Source: the human T2T-CHM13v2.0 reference genome, Homo sapiens. From it: a stretch of DNA of 64,000 nt. Positions within the stretch are counted from its first letter, which is position 1; each line of letters begins with the position of its first letter. The translations under genes were made by a program, and so were the position numbers. Location of the stretch: assembly GCF_009914755.1 (NCBI RefSeq), contig NC_060928.1; one strand, written 5' to 3'. The notes under the pieces are model-generated. The model made no database searches, was not told the origin of the DNA, and saw only the letters and a program-made list of their open reading frames with translations. This document shows, piece by piece, positions 60,051-64,000 of the stretch.

Positions 60051-60676
60051 TGTGTTAGTTTTATGTTGTGCAGCAAATTATGACAACCTCAGTGGCTTAT
60101 AACAATATTTGTGTATGATCTCACCGCTTCCACAAATCAGAAGTCCAAGTACAGGTTACTGAGTCTTCTATTCAGGGTCTCACCAGGCTTTAGTCAAGTT
60201 GTTGGCAAGGGCTGTAATCTGATCTGAGTTTTTAAGTCATCTTTCAAGCTCCTGTTTGTTGGTAGAATTCAGTTCTTTGTTTTGTAAAAGAACTTTACTT
60301 TTCTTGTTACTTATCAGTCAATAATACCTGTCAGCCTAAGGAGGATGATACCAGGTTATTCCACATGACCCCTTTCATAGGTTCTCTTTCACCTTGATGG
60401 CTTACTTACTCAAGGTCACCAGGTCAAAAGAATTCCTCTGATGCTTCACCTTTTTTTTTTTTTAAGTGCTCTCCTGATTAGGTAAAGCCCACCCAGGAAA
60501 ATCTTCCTTCTGATTCACTCAAGGCAACTGATTAATAACAAACAACTCATGGGAGAAATATCCCAACATAGTCATAGTTTCTTTTTTTTTTTATACTCAA
60601 GGTGCAGGGAGTGTTTTACACAAGAGGAGAGTAATAAAAGTATGAATCATTGGGTGCCAGAATTCTGCCTACCACA
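60051..60676 (-). mobile_element. MaLR LTR (MLT1E/D-like)
   Basis: tgtgttagtt...agtggctta; cagggtctcaccaggct; ends agaattctgcctaccaca. Confidence 0.82.
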
Positions 60677-62729
60677 ATATTTACTTATCTTCCCTTCATC
60701 TGATTATGTGATTTTGAAAATGTTGTCCTTAATAAGTTAGAGGATATTAAATTTCACAAATGAACCATAGAGAGCAAATGGAATGAAAGTGCTCAACAAT
60801 TGTTATTGCCATAATTGAACTGTAGGTAAATTTCTCTGAGAAAGAAAGAAAGTAATGGAGAGCAAGAGTGAGGAAAAATGTAAACAAAAGTAAAGGGGAA
60901 AAGGAGGAGAGAAAAAAGAAACAAAAACTTAGACTGAGTTATCTTCTGTAATGCTGTCGGAAAGTTTATTACTTTCCATGATTGCTTACACTAGAAAGAC
61001 AAAAAGCTAGAAGTGGCAACATTTAAGTTTCCAGAAGCAATTTATGATATAGTATAATGTGTCATCCTTCCCACTTTCATGGTTAATTTTGCAATGTAAC
61101 GACCAGAGGAAATAAACTCAAAAAATTTATTTTGTCTCTTGGTCCCTGCAGTTTATTCCTTACCATAGCATAGGAGTGATTTGCCAAGTGAATGAGTTCT
61201 GCATAAGAAATTGTCCGTGCTCCAACTGTCTCTTGGCATTTGGTTCCAAATTTACCAGCAGAAACGACATCACCCTACTCTGATGTCCAGCCCATGAAGG
61301 TTTTTGTGTGGCAAGCCTATGGTTGTCCACTTCTCACTAGTTCTGAATTTGGAAAATAGAAACAAAAATACTAATCACTGGCTCCCTAAATTATCAAAAA
61401 CCATTAAAAAAGCATTTAGTTCACGTGCATATATAATTATAAAGGCCAAGTGGAAAATTCCTAGAAGATCAAGTCCACATGCTTTATAATTTTGAGAAAG
61501 GTTAATAGCTTTAAAATGTTGTGTCTTTCAATTTCTGAATTCTGTACAATTATCAAAGAGATGCATTTTAATCTTTTAATAGTTTTTTTTTTCAACTTTA
61601 GTTATGCATGCTTTGCATCTGTTTTCACAGCTGTTAACCACTGTGTCCTCAGATTGCTTTTCTGGACTGCATTTTTTTAAAAAAATTATTTTTCTGTGCT
61701 CCTCATTAGCACTCTAATTTTGTGTCATGGAGTGAATTTCCACTTCTGAACTGATGGTATGCTAATTTCCAAAGCCCTGGACATAATTTCCAAAGCCCAA
61801 AGCCCTGAGACTTTTGCTCAATGTCATATTTACTGTAAGGCATCAAAGTTTGACTACCAGGTAAATGATTATCTGTTAATATTGGATAAACTAAGTTGCT
61901 TTTAGAAGTTTTTTGACATAGCTACTATATCTACATCCTAATTCTATCAAATTCTTAGAGAATAGCAAATTGATGTCCCCATTGTGTTAACTGCATTATT
62001 ATTTATAGGATTCTATTATATCTCTTCATAAAAGTAACACTAGGTACAATGATAAAGGTGACACAACTATTATTATGCCTACATAACTGAATATATGGTT
62101 AATGCATGGCTATTACAAATTTATATTTTAAAGCTATTTCATATTATTTTTGAATATTTACAAAGTCTTATCATTACATCAGTTTTTAACAACATTCTAA
62201 GTAGCACTGCTTTTTAGAAATTAGTATTTCAAGGCAAAATTTTAATTATCATCTAGGCTTAGAAAGCGAACCTAATATGGTTTCATAGATTTCTCCCTGT
62301 TGTCTCATCTGGCTGCACTGATTTATTGATTAAAATACTTGATAGTCTTTGATCTCTTACAACCTCAATTTATTTTTGCTATATGGTTGATTACTTTTTC
62401 TCATCAAAGAGCTAGAGATAGGCATGCTGTACTTGTAATATATATAAATCCAAATGAAACTATAATGCAAAATTTATAAATAACCTAATAAATATCTTAA
62501 AAATTAACATGCTTTATGATATGTGGGTAGTTTACAATTCTAAAATATTTATTTGCATTTAGTAAATTTAATGAAAATTAGGAATTTACTGCATTAATGT
62601 ATCATTCATTTAACAAATATTTTAACTGTATGTATGATGCTAAAACTGAGGTAAATTACAATACTACATTTCAAAAGTTTTTGTATCAAGTGATTTATTC
62701 ATCATGCTTACTTTATAAAGATGTATGCT

Positions 62730-63054
<325 letters not shown>

Positions 63055-63195
63055 AAAGATGTATGCTGTAATGCACTGCTGTTACTATTTCTAGGTTAAA
63101 TAAAGTTTTTACTGCATTAAAAAATTACAATTTATATAAAACTCATAACCCTGGAGTCTATGGCAAACTGCTTTTGTTGATTCTCTTCAAAAGCC

Positions 63196-63325
63196 CATTC
63201 ATTCATTAATGCATATTCATTCAACAAATATGAAGTTTTATTCTGTGAAAGGTATCCCACTAGACATAAAGATACAACAGTGAACTACATAGCTGTGGTA
63301 CTTAATTTCATGACATTTCAAGTAG
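63196..63325 (-). mobile_element. L2 3' end
   Basis: cattcattca...ttcattcaacaaatat...gatacaacagtgaac. Confidence 0.7.
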
Positions 63326-64000
63326 CTAATCAAAAAAACTATATTTTACAAATGTGGAACCTCGAGTTTATACTGTTGAAGCCATGTGTTCAATCTCCAA
63401 ATCGAATGCATCCTTTCTTATAATTTTATTTTATTGGCACTCCTAGTGCTATTGAGCAGACCGTACCATTTGAGTATATAATACTAACAATAAAACTGTT
63501 ATTTATTCTTCATTTTGTCCCTGGGTCTACTCCTGTATGAAGATATTCAGAGCAATTGCTTCTTTTTAACACATTTAGTCTATGCCCGTACTTCATACTG
63601 CTATAGCCTTGCTTATTAATTTACCCAGTTTTTACATAGATGTGTACCTGGTATGCCTCTCTTTTCCTGCATTAAGACTCTACCTAACTCTCCCAGAAAA
63701 CACACTTCTTCAATTCCCTATCATCACATAAATAGGTATTTTTCTGTCCACATAGGTAAAATCTACTTTGACCTATTTTTTTCTCACCTTTTGTGGATAT
63801 TTTCTTTACATTTTTTAATCTGCCTTCAAGAAATGGCTCCTAGTGTATTAAGAAATAAGGCTTTTAAGGGAAAAAATAATTATAGATAGTTATGGAAAAA
63901 TTTATATCCAAATGTGTTTTTTCATTTTTTTATATATTTTTATTCATGCGGTTTATTGATTGTCAACTTACCATGTGAAATCTCAGCATATAAAAACTTT

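Noticed and set aside
61131-61305. Exon-like segment after a polypyrimidine-CAG acceptor (~61151)
   Set aside because: Weak donor (ag|gttttt), no recognisable peptide and no transcript evidence available.
61763-61808. Small tandem duplication of taatttccaaagccc
   Set aside because: Ordinary slippage-scale duplication with no further structure.

Overview
AT-rich, transposon-dense primate DNA. An SVA element (B-like) points to a great-ape or human genome. I find no protein-coding gene, RNA gene or CRISPR array. Every sizeable ORF in the track is L1 ORF2 debris, an Alu or SVA read-through, or a chance ORF. The window is a mosaic of LINE-1s of many ages, Alus, one SVA, MaLR/ERV1/ERVL LTRs, a decayed ERVL (HERV16/HERVL-type) provirus carrying nested insertions, and L2/MIR/DNA-transposon fossils. 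Subfamily names come from recalled consensus features and need RepeatMasker/Dfam confirmation. I cannot support a new biological 'system'. The most interesting signals are mechanistic scars: (1) an SVA with a ~95-bp 3' transduction and a second poly(A) tail; (2) a 162-bp templated duplication placed in a (TA)n tract and wrapped by two inverted repeats; (3) an ~80-bp polyadenylated orphan insert hidden in an old L1; (4) an LTR that ends after its poly(A) signal in an A tail (candidate retrocopy); (5) two L1s with 5' inversions; (6) an MLT2A LTR with an inverted pair of DUX4-like motifs.
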